This document shows positions 11,913-22,767 of a DNA stretch of 64,000 nucleotides, piece after piece. The notes below the pieces were generated by a model. That model ran no database searches. It was not told where the DNA came from and saw nothing but the letters and a program-made list of their open reading frames with translations. Every line of letters starts with the position of its first letter. The first letter of the stretch is position 1. Origin of the DNA: Takakia lepidozioides (taxonomy: Eukaryota; Plantae; Bryophyta); assembly GCA_030704615.1 (NCBI GenBank), contig CM060732.1, positions 61,380,001 to 61,444,000 on the forward strand, written 5' to 3'. Position numbers and translations under genes: made by a program.

Positions 11913-14900
11913 CTAATGCAGGATGTCAGAGGTCTGCTTAGCCCCACTGGAACTCTGAAGGAAGTTGTTGGTGAACAGACCCTGCAGCATTGACGATCCA
12001 GGCAGAAGGTTTCCAGTAGTCTGAGTGAAAGCTGATGAAGATGGGGAAGCATCATTGCCAGATATGGCCCCACTACCTTCATCAGAAGCAGTAAGCCCAC
12101 CGCTGGCACCCCTCACTCCCAATCCTTGCAATTCTCCTTCTCCCACCCCTAAACCCACAATTACAGGTCCGCTAACCTGACCCACTTCCAATCCGCTCCC
12201 TGAACCCATACTTGGGCCCCCATTTGAACCAAAGTTACCCCTACTTCCTGAACCTGACAAGAATCCCGCCCCGTTGCCTGAACTAGTCCCCCCGGCCATT
12301 CCAGCACCAGCGCTGTTCCCTGACACGAACCCTCCTCCTGATGTGGATGTCCCAGGTTCCATCCCTGTACCAACTCCTTCCATCTCATGCAAAGGCAGAG
12401 CCGGAGTGTGGCCCGCAAACAAACCAATGTGCCCAAATAGCTTGTCCTTCCTGGAGAAAGTGGTCCCACAGGAGCACTGCCACTTGTCACGTCCACAATG
12501 CTTCTCATGGGTCTTCAGGTCAGCAACAACTGAAAACTTTTTCGCCTTGCACTTGTTGCAGGTAAGCATCTTGGGGCAATGGCTGCGGCGGTAGTGGTTT
12601 TTAACGCACAGCATTGTTTTCAGTGGTTGAAATTTGCGGTGCTTTTTATTTCTCTTACATCCAGCATAAGGACAAGAGTACCGCCGAGGCCGAGTAATGG
12701 AGGGATCCTGACAAGACTTGTCAGGCCGAGCAAGGGCAGCTGGGGTCTTGTACTCATCCCCATGGCCACGCATATGCATTCTTAAGTTTGCGTCCCGCTT
12801 GAAACCCTTGCCACAAATCTCGCAGAAGTGTGTGTGCTCCGCCAAGATCTCCATAGCATCCATCTCAACCAGATCATAGGAGCCAGGAGAGAGATGCTCC
12901 CCCTCTCCATCGTCATCTTCATCACGGGAGCCTGTGTCATGTTCATCAAGGTTTGCATTCGCCCCCACTGATCCATGTGCACCAAGGGCATTTGACCCCC
13001 CACCACCCCCAAGCGTATTACCTCCCCCACCAACACCAAGCGCATCCCCAAGAGTGTTTCCTAGTACAGCACCCAGCGAGTTCCGAAGCATAGTTCCTGA
13101 GGATCCAGCTCCCGCAGCTTGTTTCACAGCTAAATGCTGCTGTCCTGAAAGTTCTGAATCTGGCCCAAGTCCAGAGCCATCCCCTCCTGTGCCGTTAGCA
13201 ATGCCAAGACCACTATTTCCAAGCGAGACTCCCCCCCCAGCAGCCACCACGCCCACTCCACCAACTCCTCTAGGAGCTCCAAAAGTGTTTACCAAGGCGT
13301 TCCCCGACACATTCCCAAGCTCTGTACCCATAGGACCTCCCATCCCATTTTGCTGAAAAACATTCAAACCTGGGCTGACTGTCAACCCCAGAAGCTGGTT
13401 GAGCTGCAAATCAGGTGACTGATTCGCTGGAATTAAGGACGGTTGCGGTAACAATCTGGTAGCTGCCATGGCCAGCTGGGAGATTATACTTGCAACTGCA
13501 GCACTTGCTGCTTGCTGCTGGGCTAAGACCACATTATTGTTTGCTGGCCCCCCTTGGGCAATGAGTGGCACCAATGCCTGCAACTGTCCAATCTTCTGCT
13601 GAAGCATTGAAAGGCTGTTCATTAGAGCTTGAACCGACTGCCCACCAACCATTGTCTGGTTAGCTCCATTGTCTGGCAAACTGGGGTTCGCCATCTGTCT
13701 TCCAAACTGCTGCGAGTTGAAGCTCTGACCATTTGCAACTTGTTGCAAGTCTTGAAACATTGCTGCCCCTCCCCCTCCACTTAGGTGGCTGGAGCCACCA
13801 CTATTGTGTATCTGTGATCGCCCGTGTGACTGAGGATGTTGCTGTTGTGTGAGGGGTTGTGCTTGCTGGTGATTTTGCTGCAAGTGTGATTGAACCTGAA
13901 GGCATCACACACATACAGAATGACTGTCAGACCGCGCTTTGAGGCTACTCTTCACAAAACAAAGACGCTTTGGATTGACATTTTTCACTGGTGATACAGA
14001 CTGTACTATCATGCCATTCTAGTGCTACTGTTGGTTAACTGTCATTAGGATTGGAAAGTCGTGGCCAGGGGTTTACTAACAACAGCTGCTAGTGTCATAA
14101 GGTGAATGTGCCATCCATCCTCAAACTCTCTCCTGTACAGACAGTAGCACCATAACTGCGTTCTACACGGCACCCTATTTCTGTTCCTCCCATGTTGTGT
14201 CAATCCTGCAGGTCTTTCTATCTCTCTTTGAGATCAAAATCTGATGACCTTTTCACCATTGGAAGACTCCCCGCTTGTGGGAACTGGAGAAGCCTTTACA
14301 CTCATAAACGCAATGTGAAAACAAATTGGTGGCTTTTGCTGTAGTCCATTGCGGGGAAGTTGAAAAAGCTATGCATGCGCTCCTGCAAGTGAACCAAGGC
14401 CAAAACCCTAGGTGCAAATGAATATATAGACTCGTAGAAAAGAAGCTTCCTGACTCAGGACCAGTTATATGACCAAAACACTATTGGCTAGTGCGAATAA
14501 CAATCAAATTTGCCGTGAAAGTCATGCTGGGTGGAATAGCTACTGAGGTGAACTACTACATCCTTAACTAACAAAAAATTGCTAAATGGAATGACTTAAC
14601 ATCCTGATGAAGTCTGGACATTATACACGAAAGAACCAACCGAACAAAAACTCCACAGAAAATCAAACTACAACGAAAAGGCTACTGCATAGTTGCTAGC
14701 CGGTCTACATCCCCACAAACTTCCATTTAGCCAGCGCACCAACAAAAAATTCAAATTCAGACTATAAGAAAAACAAAATAAACATTGAATGCCAAGCAAG
14801 TTGATTAATTAATATGAGTGAAATACAGCAAATTTTACAGCATAATACTTGTAAACTAAACTAAACAACTAAATCAATATTTGTACTGACACATGTCTAT

Positions 14901-15207
14901 CTTATGAAATATACTCGAAGGACTATGAAGTGTGCCAAGAAGTGACTAAAACACACAGTGAGGGATATCTCTAATGGGAGAGGAAGGGTTGTTACTCAGT
15001 TGTTACCTGTAAGGGGGCACCCACAGAAAACCCAAGAGTGGCTGAATGTGAAGACTGGTTTTGATGCTGCTGCTGTGGAGATCCATAGTGTGTGAGCTGC
15101 TGACCAAGAAGAGAAAATTTGGCCAAATTGGCCCCCCCTCCCGCCGAAGGCCCTCTAGGACTCGAAGGGTGTCGAGAATCTGGTGATTGACCCCCACCCT
15201 GCATCAT
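11913..15207 (-). CDS. STOP1: STOP1-like C2H2 zinc-finger transcription factor, 2 coding exons, ~727 aa
   Basis: Exon 15207-15007 (MMQGGGQ...GAPLQ|GTAAC) joins exon 13895-11913 (TTCAG|VQSHLQQ...) in phase 0. Four STOP1-type fingers are present ([28 protein letters not shown]; [14 protein letters not shown]...HYRRSHC; [19 protein letters not shown]; [25 protein letters not shown]), plus the LQQKI.QLQ.LV N-terminal motif. Confidence 0.93.
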
Positions 15208-17831
15208 TCACGGAGTCCCTTCTTCCGTGGTTGCACCTGTAGCTTGTGTCTTCGGGAATGGGAGACTGTATGCTTGAATAAGGGATCTCAAGACACAAAT
15301 GCCACATGATGGAAGAGAGGCTGTTGGCCGTCCAGGATCATAATGCCGAGGTCCATCTCCCTCTAGACACCACATACACCCATTCAAAACTTGCACCTGC
15401 ATCATTGGAAGAGGAGACAAGAGGAACTAAGAAAGAGCACCGAATAGATAGATGGATACACATATATACATGGACTTTCTCGGATCCCACCTGGGGGATG
15501 GGTTCCATCAGGGGTTAGGTGTGCAAGCTGACAATCTATCCATGCTGCCAGGTACTGTCATCATCACTCTGCATGGTACTATTTCCACTTCCAGGAATGC
15601 TTCAATCAACCCATCTTGTACCCATCAGCAGACAGAGCCTAGACCTTGCTACCATGTTAACACACAACTTATTTAGCCTCGCATGCTCTGACTGACGAAT
15701 CCACCAAGCTTACTTCAGTTTCAAAAAATTGATGAATAGCACGCTTTGCATGGATGAACCTCCCGAAAGAGGGACCATGCACATTACCAACTTCAAAATT
15801 GAGAATATCAAGGAATCCTTCTCCTACATCCATTCTGTTAAGGAAATGGGCCAACTAGGATGGAGAATTTTTAGAGTCGTCCTAGACCATCTGGAACTTA
15901 CAAGGCGTGTTTGCCCGACGCGCCAGGAATTTTCTCTACAACCTAAGAAGATCTATACAGGATAAGAGCTCAACGAAGTCAAATTCACTATCTTTTTAAA
16001 TCAAGCCTACAGCTTTAGCAAGCACCTCGGCTTTTGCTTCTAAGGTTCAGGCCGTTTGTCTTCCTAACGCTGATGAGTGATACTGAGGTGAGGTGCGTGA
16101 CTGCAAGAGAAAACTGAGCACATGTCTCAACCAGGCAAGTGAGATTAGAGAGAGCCTACTTCAAAGGTGTGAAAAACTGACGAAGAACGGAGATAGAATG
16201 TATTCATCCACCATCCCCTGCAAATGCTGCCTATGACAGACTCTCCAAGATTCCCACGGGACATTACCCCTCCCGGAGTCAATCGTGGGGTTTCCATGTG
16301 AGACTCAGCCCCAAATTTCCATATCGTTCGCCTACGCACCACGACACTCCGTTTATAGGGTATCGAGTGTTGGTTGTGCGCTGGCCTTGACATCCCCGGA
16401 GAAAACATGCTCCCCTATCCTTCTAGCTTTCCGAAAATGTGACACTTCCCCTGCAAGCCTCAATTTGGAGGAACAAGGGCAACCCAAACGCTGCTAAAAC
16501 GAGGAGAGCCGCCTACCAAGTGCAAGAGGGCTTGAGCACTACAGCAACCATCACTCATCACAAACCAACACGCATAGGGGCGAGAGATGGCACCTATGTA
16601 CCTCCACACGAGACTACACAAACAAGCGCGAGTGCGAACCGGCCCCTACATACTGCCAGGGCATTGCACAGCAAAAGCAGGAGCTGACCCGGACCGGCTA
16701 TGGTTGCCAGGTACAACCAGGCCTCGCCAGGCAGGCCCGCGCTCTCAATCCAGCACCACCCTGTCACCTCAAATCTTTCTTCCTCACGACTTCTTACACA
16801 TCCGCTTCCCCCCCTCCCCACTTACCCCCCTCCTCCATCCCTCACCCCCTCGCTCGCTCGCTCCTCCACCCCCTCGCCATACCAAACCCCTGCTATATCC
16901 CCCCACTCCGAATATTCCCCCTCCATCTCCCCCTTTCCACTCCTGGCCCCACCGTTAGCCGGGTCCGCCCATTTCCTACCCTGCGTCAATATCAGTAAAC
17001 TCTTATAAATTGCACATACAAAAACCATAAAAACAAATATATCATATTATCAAATCAAGGTATATCGAGATAGTCGCCAGTTTTACTCATTACTTTCATG
17101 GGGTGAGCAGATCGGCTCATATCCCAGGGGGTGCAGTTACTTACTTAACCGTGGCTAGATCCCCGCGCCGCCATACTCCGGTTGCCTTCCAGCAGGGAAG
17201 TCCGGATTGCCGGTTTCCAACCGGCAGTCGTAGAGAAAGCCCACTGTGGAGACCGGGAACTTCCGGTGGGATTAACCGCCCCCTTGACCGAGGGCTCTAA
17301 TTCGTAAAACGTGCTCATTATGGGAATGCCGTACCACATCCGGCATCCCTGTTTAAGCTGTATTATTTGTATAGGAGATATTTTGTTTTATTTTATTTTA
17401 TTTTCTAGTGCAGTAGAAAATTAGAAGTTTCTATTTTCTAAATGAGGAAATATTACCTCCCTAGGATTGTCCTTCAGTCCGTACATGAGAGGATTTAAGA
17501 GTGCAGATGGCTCCACGTGCTCCAGGTCTTAGGGCTTTCTGGGTATGCGGGTGGTATCGGGTCCTTCCCTGGATTGCGGGGCCGGAATCCTGTCGGGGAA
17601 CTGGGTACAGCCGGCCGTGTAACTGCTGGTGGTAAGTACACACGTGGGTGAACAATCCACGTCGTTGGGGCGCCCAACCGCGGTCAGGTTCACTGGCTGG
17701 AGCTGGTTAATCGGAGTCTGTCGTCATCCATCTGTGACTTACACATACATGGATAGAGTGGTACTTCATCCATCCTACCGTTGCCCCGGCCGGGTCGGGT
17801 GACAAATGGGGTCACGGATATGGGAGCGCCC

Positions 17832-17866
17832 GGGTTAGGGTTAAGGTTCCAGAACTTTGTATAGAA
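17832..17866 (+). promoter_or_regulatory. Telo-box (TTAGGGTT) and TATA-like element upstream of the snoRNA cluster
   Basis: GGGTTAGGGTT at 17832-17842 and TATAGA at ~17860. Telo-boxes are typical of plant snoRNA and ribosome-biogenesis promoters. Confidence 0.55.
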
Positions 17867-18075
17867 TGAGCTCGAGCGCCGCTCATCTTCAGTCGCAGCT
17901 TCTCTCTCGCTCGGTGGAGGTGCTGCTCTTATGAGACGGGGTTGTAGCGATCTTCGTCTGCGGCTTTTGTTGTTGTTGCCCTTGCGTGAATGTGTGCTTG
18001 GTTGTGTCCTCGTTTCGTATGGCTTTGTGAGTAAGTATTTTGAGTCGGTAGGTTGTGCTTGTGGAGAGTGAAGGG

Positions 18076-18197
18076 GACGTCGGTGATGATAAACCTAAGG
18101 CTTGTTTCTCAAACATTCGCAGTGGCCGCCCGAGAGTTTTCGCCTGCCGGCTTGAGAACTGATGCGGTTTCAATCTTCCTTGGATATCTGAGACGTC
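18076..18197 (+). ncRNA. U14: U14 box C/D snoRNA
   Basis: Terminal stem GACGTC/GACGTC, box C GTGATGA 18083-89 and box D CTGA 18188-91. Domain A ACATTCGCAG 18113-22 and domain B CTTCCTTGGAT 18175-85 are both antisense to 18S rRNA. The plant-type AAGGCTTGTTTCTCAAACATTCGCAGTGGCCGCC segment is present. Confidence 0.95.
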
Positions 18198-18357
18198 GTC
18201 GTTTGGATTGTCGTTTGTTGTGAGGAAAGTCTTAGGCTGTTCGAAGAGCTGTGCTGCACTTGTACTCAAAAGTTGCTCGCAATGTTCCATGCGAGTTATC
18301 TCTGCCGTGAGGCTGTAGCTACAGTAGAATCCTGGAGCATTTTGGCTGCGTGTTCGT

Positions 18358-18415
18358 ATGATGAGCACAACGGTTACCGTGTTTCAGACATGAGTAGCAG
18401 GTGTTGTAGTTTGCG
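18358..18415 (+). ncRNA. Degenerate U18-like box C/D snoRNA
   Basis: Box C ATGATGA 18358-64. CCGTGTTT (18377-84) followed by D'-like CAGA is antisense to 25S AAACACGG, the U18 target. The guide is interrupted, and no clear box D or terminal stem is found. Confidence 0.35.
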
Positions 18416-18545
18416 ATGTCCTTTGTTGTCTTTGTTGGTAATGTTAGTACCCGGAAAGCGGCGTAAAGGGTGTCGTCGAGTGGTGTCTCAGTCGGATTGA
18501 TTTGTAGCTGCTACGTTGCTGCAACTTCAACTTCGATGTCCGATG

Positions 18546-18621
18546 AAGGCCAAGGATGACAGAACAGGAGTTGAGGCGAAAGCCTGAGATAATTCCATGT
18601 TGTTACACACGCTGAGGCCTT
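18546..18621 (+). ncRNA. Box C/D snoRNA guiding a 25S Um (snoR22-like)
   Basis: Stem AAGGCC/GGCCTT, variant box C AGGATGA 18553-59, internal D'/C' (TTGA-GGC GAAA GCC-TGAGA) and box D 18612-15. The 12-nt guide GTTGTTACACAC 18599-18610 is antisense to 25S GUGUGUAACAAC. The family name is from recall. Confidence 0.8.
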
Positions 18622-18643
18622 GGATTTTGTTAGCTCTTGTTTT

Positions 18644-18930
18644 GAGGGACTGGGTATTCTCGTATTGACGTCCATGTGAAGTGAAAGAGTAGAGGAGCGG
18701 ATTGATTCGTGTTGCTTCTCGTTAGTTACTCTTCACAAACGGAAGGGCAAGCAATGCGCAAGTATTGCTTGCGCGTCACTTTTCCAGATAGTCCCGGTGG
18801 GTTCTATCCCAACATATCTTGGCCTGTGTCAGAAAGTGACTACAGTTTCTTGTTACCCTCAGATGTAAGCTCGGTCGACTTCTCGCTGAAGTTCCATTAG
18901 GTTATTAGACTTCCAGTATTGAATCTACAT
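18644..18930 (+). ncRNA. Structured, possibly H/ACA-type RNA(s) within the snoRNA cluster
   Basis: Hairpins at 18675-18737 and 18747-18772 (GCAA tetraloop). Segments antisense to 25S domain IV. ACA triplets at 18812-14 and ~18927. No canonical ANANNA H box at the expected place. Confidence 0.4.
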
Positions 18931-18986
18931 CAGAGCCTGCCCTTCAAATATGTTTTTATCCTTTCAGTTCCCTAGAATTTGTTCTG

Positions 18987-19080
18987 GAGCGCAATGATGA
19001 GTGTGCCAAAAGGCTTGAGCTAATGGTGCTTATGTACCTTGGGCAAACCTAAAAACGACTTCTCCTTCGTCTGAGCGCTT
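18987..19080 (+). ncRNA. Box C/D snoRNA guiding an 18S 3'-end Am (snoR23-like)
   Basis: Stem GAGCGC/GCGCTT, box C ATGATGA 18994-19000 and box D 19071-74. The 14-nt guide ACGACTTCTCCTTC 19055-68 is antisense to plant 18S GAAGGAGAAGUCGU. The family name is from recall. Confidence 0.85.
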
Positions 19081-19092
19081 GCCGTGTTGACT

Positions 19093-19185
19093 GTCGTACC
19101 TATGAGGACAATCTCATGAGCTCCATCTTAACTCCCGCTGGGAGTCGTGATGTTTTCATGACACGGGATTTCTGAGGTTCACGGC
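19093..19185 (+). ncRNA. Orphan box C/D snoRNA candidate
   Basis: Stem GTCGT-ACC / GGT-tc-ACGGC, variant box C ATGAGGA 19102-08, C'-like GTGATGT 19147-53 and box D 19172-75. The target was not resolved. Confidence 0.55.
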
Positions 19186-19214
19186 ATGTACCTTCCGTAT
19201 CTGTTTGCCACAAC

Positions 19215-19298
19215 TTTCCGGATGATGACCGTCAATCTTGTGTACACAAATCTGTGAATGACACATATTTTAACACTCTAATTTTTTGCTGACGGAAA
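19215..19298 (+). ncRNA. Box C/D snoRNA with 18S-antisense guide
   Basis: Stem TTTCCG/CGGAAA, box C ATGATGA 19222-28 and box D 19289-92. The 14-nt guide CACTCTAATTTTTT 19274-87 is antisense to 18S AAAAAAUUAGAGUG. Confidence 0.85.
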
Positions 19299-19908
19299 TG
19301 TTGTGGCTGTTGCTTGCTAATTCGGAAGCCCTGCCCAAAAGCGTTCCTCTGGGGACTAAACCTGAAATGAAAAATTACAAAAGTTCTGGGAAAAGGTTAC
19401 AGTAATCTGATGCCACTTATGATCATTAAATTGTTTTCAGCTTCTGATGGTTTAAGTTTGGACGAACTAGTCCTTGGTAATACTTCGATAATCTTGTGCC
19501 CAATCCCAGTGACAAGTGCGAAATCCCTAAAATCTAATGGTTGTCAAACAAGAGAATGTGTAGAATTACAATCGATACCCAAGTATTATTGAGAAGGCAA
19601 ATACTTAACAATTCCGACAACATTGTTTGTGAATTGTGAAAATTCACTGACATTTGAAAAACTAGTTTCGAAAAACATTTCTGAAGTTAGCAATTCATGT
19701 GCATTTGCATCTTTGCATGGTGGTCCCTTCTCTGGGGTTGAATTAATCAAATCATGATATCTAAAAATGGAAGTTGGCTCTGCAGGGAATTAAAGCTTGG
19801 AGCAACTTCCTGAATATGTAAAAGAATGAGGATCATTAAGCTATAATTGTAAGATACGAAATATCTGGCTCTAGCAATGTGCAGGGACAACTCAACTATG
19901 TTGTTCTT

Positions 19909-22767
19909 TCAGCTGACAAATATCTCTTCAGAGGTGTGCACGCCCGGGGCTTCAACTGGTGCTGTACCTGGAGTACCCTTATAGATGAACCCAGAACCTG
20001 CCCAAACAAGTAACAGCATGGCAACCACACAACCTCCAGCAAAAAAGAAAAACTCCTGGGCCTTTGAGAGATGATCGCCAATGATAGCTACAAGCACAAC
20101 TGTGACCAGATTACCTGCAAAACCATTAACCCCACCAACCCTCCCATAAGTGCACAATAGCTTTAGAATTGTGGCTTTCAGCTTCAACAGGCTCACCAAG
20201 CCAACTCCAGCTGCATGAGGTGGGCCCCTTCCACACCAGGTAAGACAAACTCAAAAACCTCAGGGCTAGACTGTTTGTAGCAAAAAGACTGACAAGGTGC
20301 CCCAGCCTACCTGCAGCAACAGAGAATAGCCAGGCAGACTGGACAACTGATTTCATGGAAGCTGGGGCCTGCGAGTAGGCAAACTCCAAGCCAGTGATGC
20401 TGAACATTATCTCTCCAGCAGTGATCACCACATATTGCGGTGCTTGCCACAGCATAGACAACGGCGCCCCTTCTGCTCTTAAGTCTATGGCAAGCTGAAG
20501 TGCACCAGAGATGAGAAATGCCAGGGCACTCAATACCATGCCTATCACCATGCGAGGCACTGGCCGTAGAGAAACCTGCTGCTTCTCAAAAAATGGGTAG
20601 ATGACTTGATCAAACAATGGAATCATTATAAGGATCAGCACCGGATTCAAGGCCTGCAAAACACATGTAAAAACACTGAATTCCTCCAAACCATTATATT
20701 GGACATCATCTCCAAATCATATATGACAACAGAGTTAGAGGCAAGGACAGTGTAGCAGGAGTAGGACCCAAGTAAACCGACCACACACAGTCATTGCCAA
20801 TGAAGGTGAAAAAATGTACCTGCATCTGATCTGGCTGGATCACCATGTTCGACAGCCAAGGCACATGACCATCCAAAGAACTAGCCTGAAACACCCATTT
20901 GGACGACTGTTGGTCATATAGGGACCAGAAGAGAGGGGTAGGCAACAGCAGCACAAGTACACGCAGCAGACCTTTTACATCCTCCACAACTGTTGCACTG
21001 TGCTTTGCCTTTGCACAGTCTAGCCAGTTTTCACCTCTGCCCTCTCCCCCACGCAACTTGACAGCATCAGCTATAACCCCACCCACTTCTGCAAACACAT
21101 TCCCCTCGGGAGGCCGGTCCACGTATGTGCGTCGGCCAATCCAAAATATGAGGAGAGCACACATCATAAGGGCCGCTGGCAGAGCAAATGCAACCGAATA
21201 TGAAACATCGGCTCGCAAAATAGGGGTAAGAATGGTTGAAATCACTGAACCCGCATTGACAGCAAAATAATACATGGAAAAGAACTCTCGATGCAGTCGG
21301 TCCTTCGTGGGACCATCCGGCATGGCGAACTGAATCTGGTCACCACCGAATGCCGCCAGACATGGCTTAATGCCACCTGTTCCAAATGCAATCAAGGCCA
21401 GTGCCAGGGATGTGGACCAGAAGGCGGCTGTCCGTGTGGTGCTGTCTGGGGCAGGTACTGCACTCAAGGCCATCACCCAGTTGCCGATACAATACACAAT
21501 CGACAGGTATAGAACCGTACGGTACTTGCCCTGCCAGCCCCATTCCATGTTGCCCTGTTAGCACATGCATCATTTCTCTCCCTCTATTCAGTTCTACAAC
21601 AAGAGATGGGTTAAATTGGGAAGTGGTAGTACCCCTACATCTCCGCATGCTCTTCACCAAGATTGTCTGTACAACCACTCATAATACCTCACTTTTGTCA
21701 TTTGATGATCTCTTCTTCTCCAACATTTGAGATTACGCTGGCAGCAATAAACAGAACCTCCAATATTTCCAATCATGGTCCTATCCATCAGATCGCACAA
21801 ACAGTGTGCAGCTAATTTCTCTATTCTTTGGGGTGGGTGGGGGGGGGGGGAAGTTGAGCCCTATATCCCTTTGCAGCAATGACGAGTTTTTCATTGTCCA
21901 AGTCACGCATGTCTGAGACCCTATAAGCAACAAAAGACTATTGTTGATAGAGCTATGAAGCTTATGAAGCTTTCCTCTTCAGCAGACACCTACTAGCTTG
22001 GCATCCTCAGATGCCAAATCAGGACAGAGCACTCCATGATAGATTGTCAAAAACTGCAATAGAAACCACAGAAGTCCAAGTTATGGAAGCTCCTGGAGCT
22101 CCAAAGCAGGGTAAGAATCAGATGTTGATATCCAGGACGCCTACTGTCCCCATAAGGAATACTTCACGCCTCTTACCTCATCCCTAACGTACTCAATTTG
22201 TGCCACTCTGCACTAAGATTCTGAAGGAACACGTGGATACAAAGCAAATCATTGCAACCCGTTTCATCGCTCACAATAGCTCGAGAAATATTGCACGACC
22301 ACCCAAGAATGAATTTGGAAGCCATGAACAATTCTCAGTATGGACGCAATGTCCAACAAGGCACACAAACAGCATCTGGGCAGATACAATGGAGGATAGA
22401 GGATGACGAATACCCAATAGCAATCGCTGACAAATGCACCAATGAGTGGAGTGGCATAGCAGGCGACGATGAAGAGATGCACTAACTCCGTGGATGCATT
22501 CTCGCTCAAACGCAGATGCTCCAGCAAGTACAGCGCCAGAATAGTTTTCATGCCATAGAAAGAAAATCTCTCACAGAACTCATTCCAAATCAGGTACTTT
22601 ATGCTTGCAGGGTATGCTTTCAAATAATCCACATACTGTCCCGATCCTCCCTGCTCGGGCTCGCCTCCACTTTCATGCTTGTTCAGCAAATGCGCGGTCA
22701 GGGATGCAGCCTCCGGGTCGGCCTGCACGTCGGCTCCATCGCCCTCGTGCTGCTGCCCCTTCGCCAT
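19909..22767 (-). CDS. Proton-dependent oligopeptide transporter (POT/PTR, PepT/SLC15-like), 4 exons, ~537 aa
   Basis: Exons 22767-22414, 21530-20820, 20653-20311 and 20114-19909, GT-AG with consistent phases. Motifs YPASIKYLIWNEFCERFSFYGMK, GTGGIKPCLAAFGGDQ, FFSMYYFAVNAGS, FWSLYDQQSSKW, PDQMQALNP and GLEFAYSQAPASMKS. Confidence 0.93.

Noticed and set aside
12161-13356. Alternative-frame and antisense ORFs over STOP1, and similar ones over the POT, PME and PPR genes
   Set aside because: Shadow ORFs of GC-rich real coding exons.
17889-18500. ORFs 17889-18368 (-) and 18273-18500 (+)
   Set aside because: No recognisable domain, and they overlap U14 and the snoRNA cluster.
18546-18621. Possible U13-type RNA because of TTGTTAC
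   Set aside because: Only 7 nt match the 18S 3' end, while a 12-nt match to 25S next to box D explains it better.
19406-19452. Additional C/D snoRNA (ATGATCA...CTGA)
   Set aside because: Under 40 nt, with an imperfect box C and no guide.
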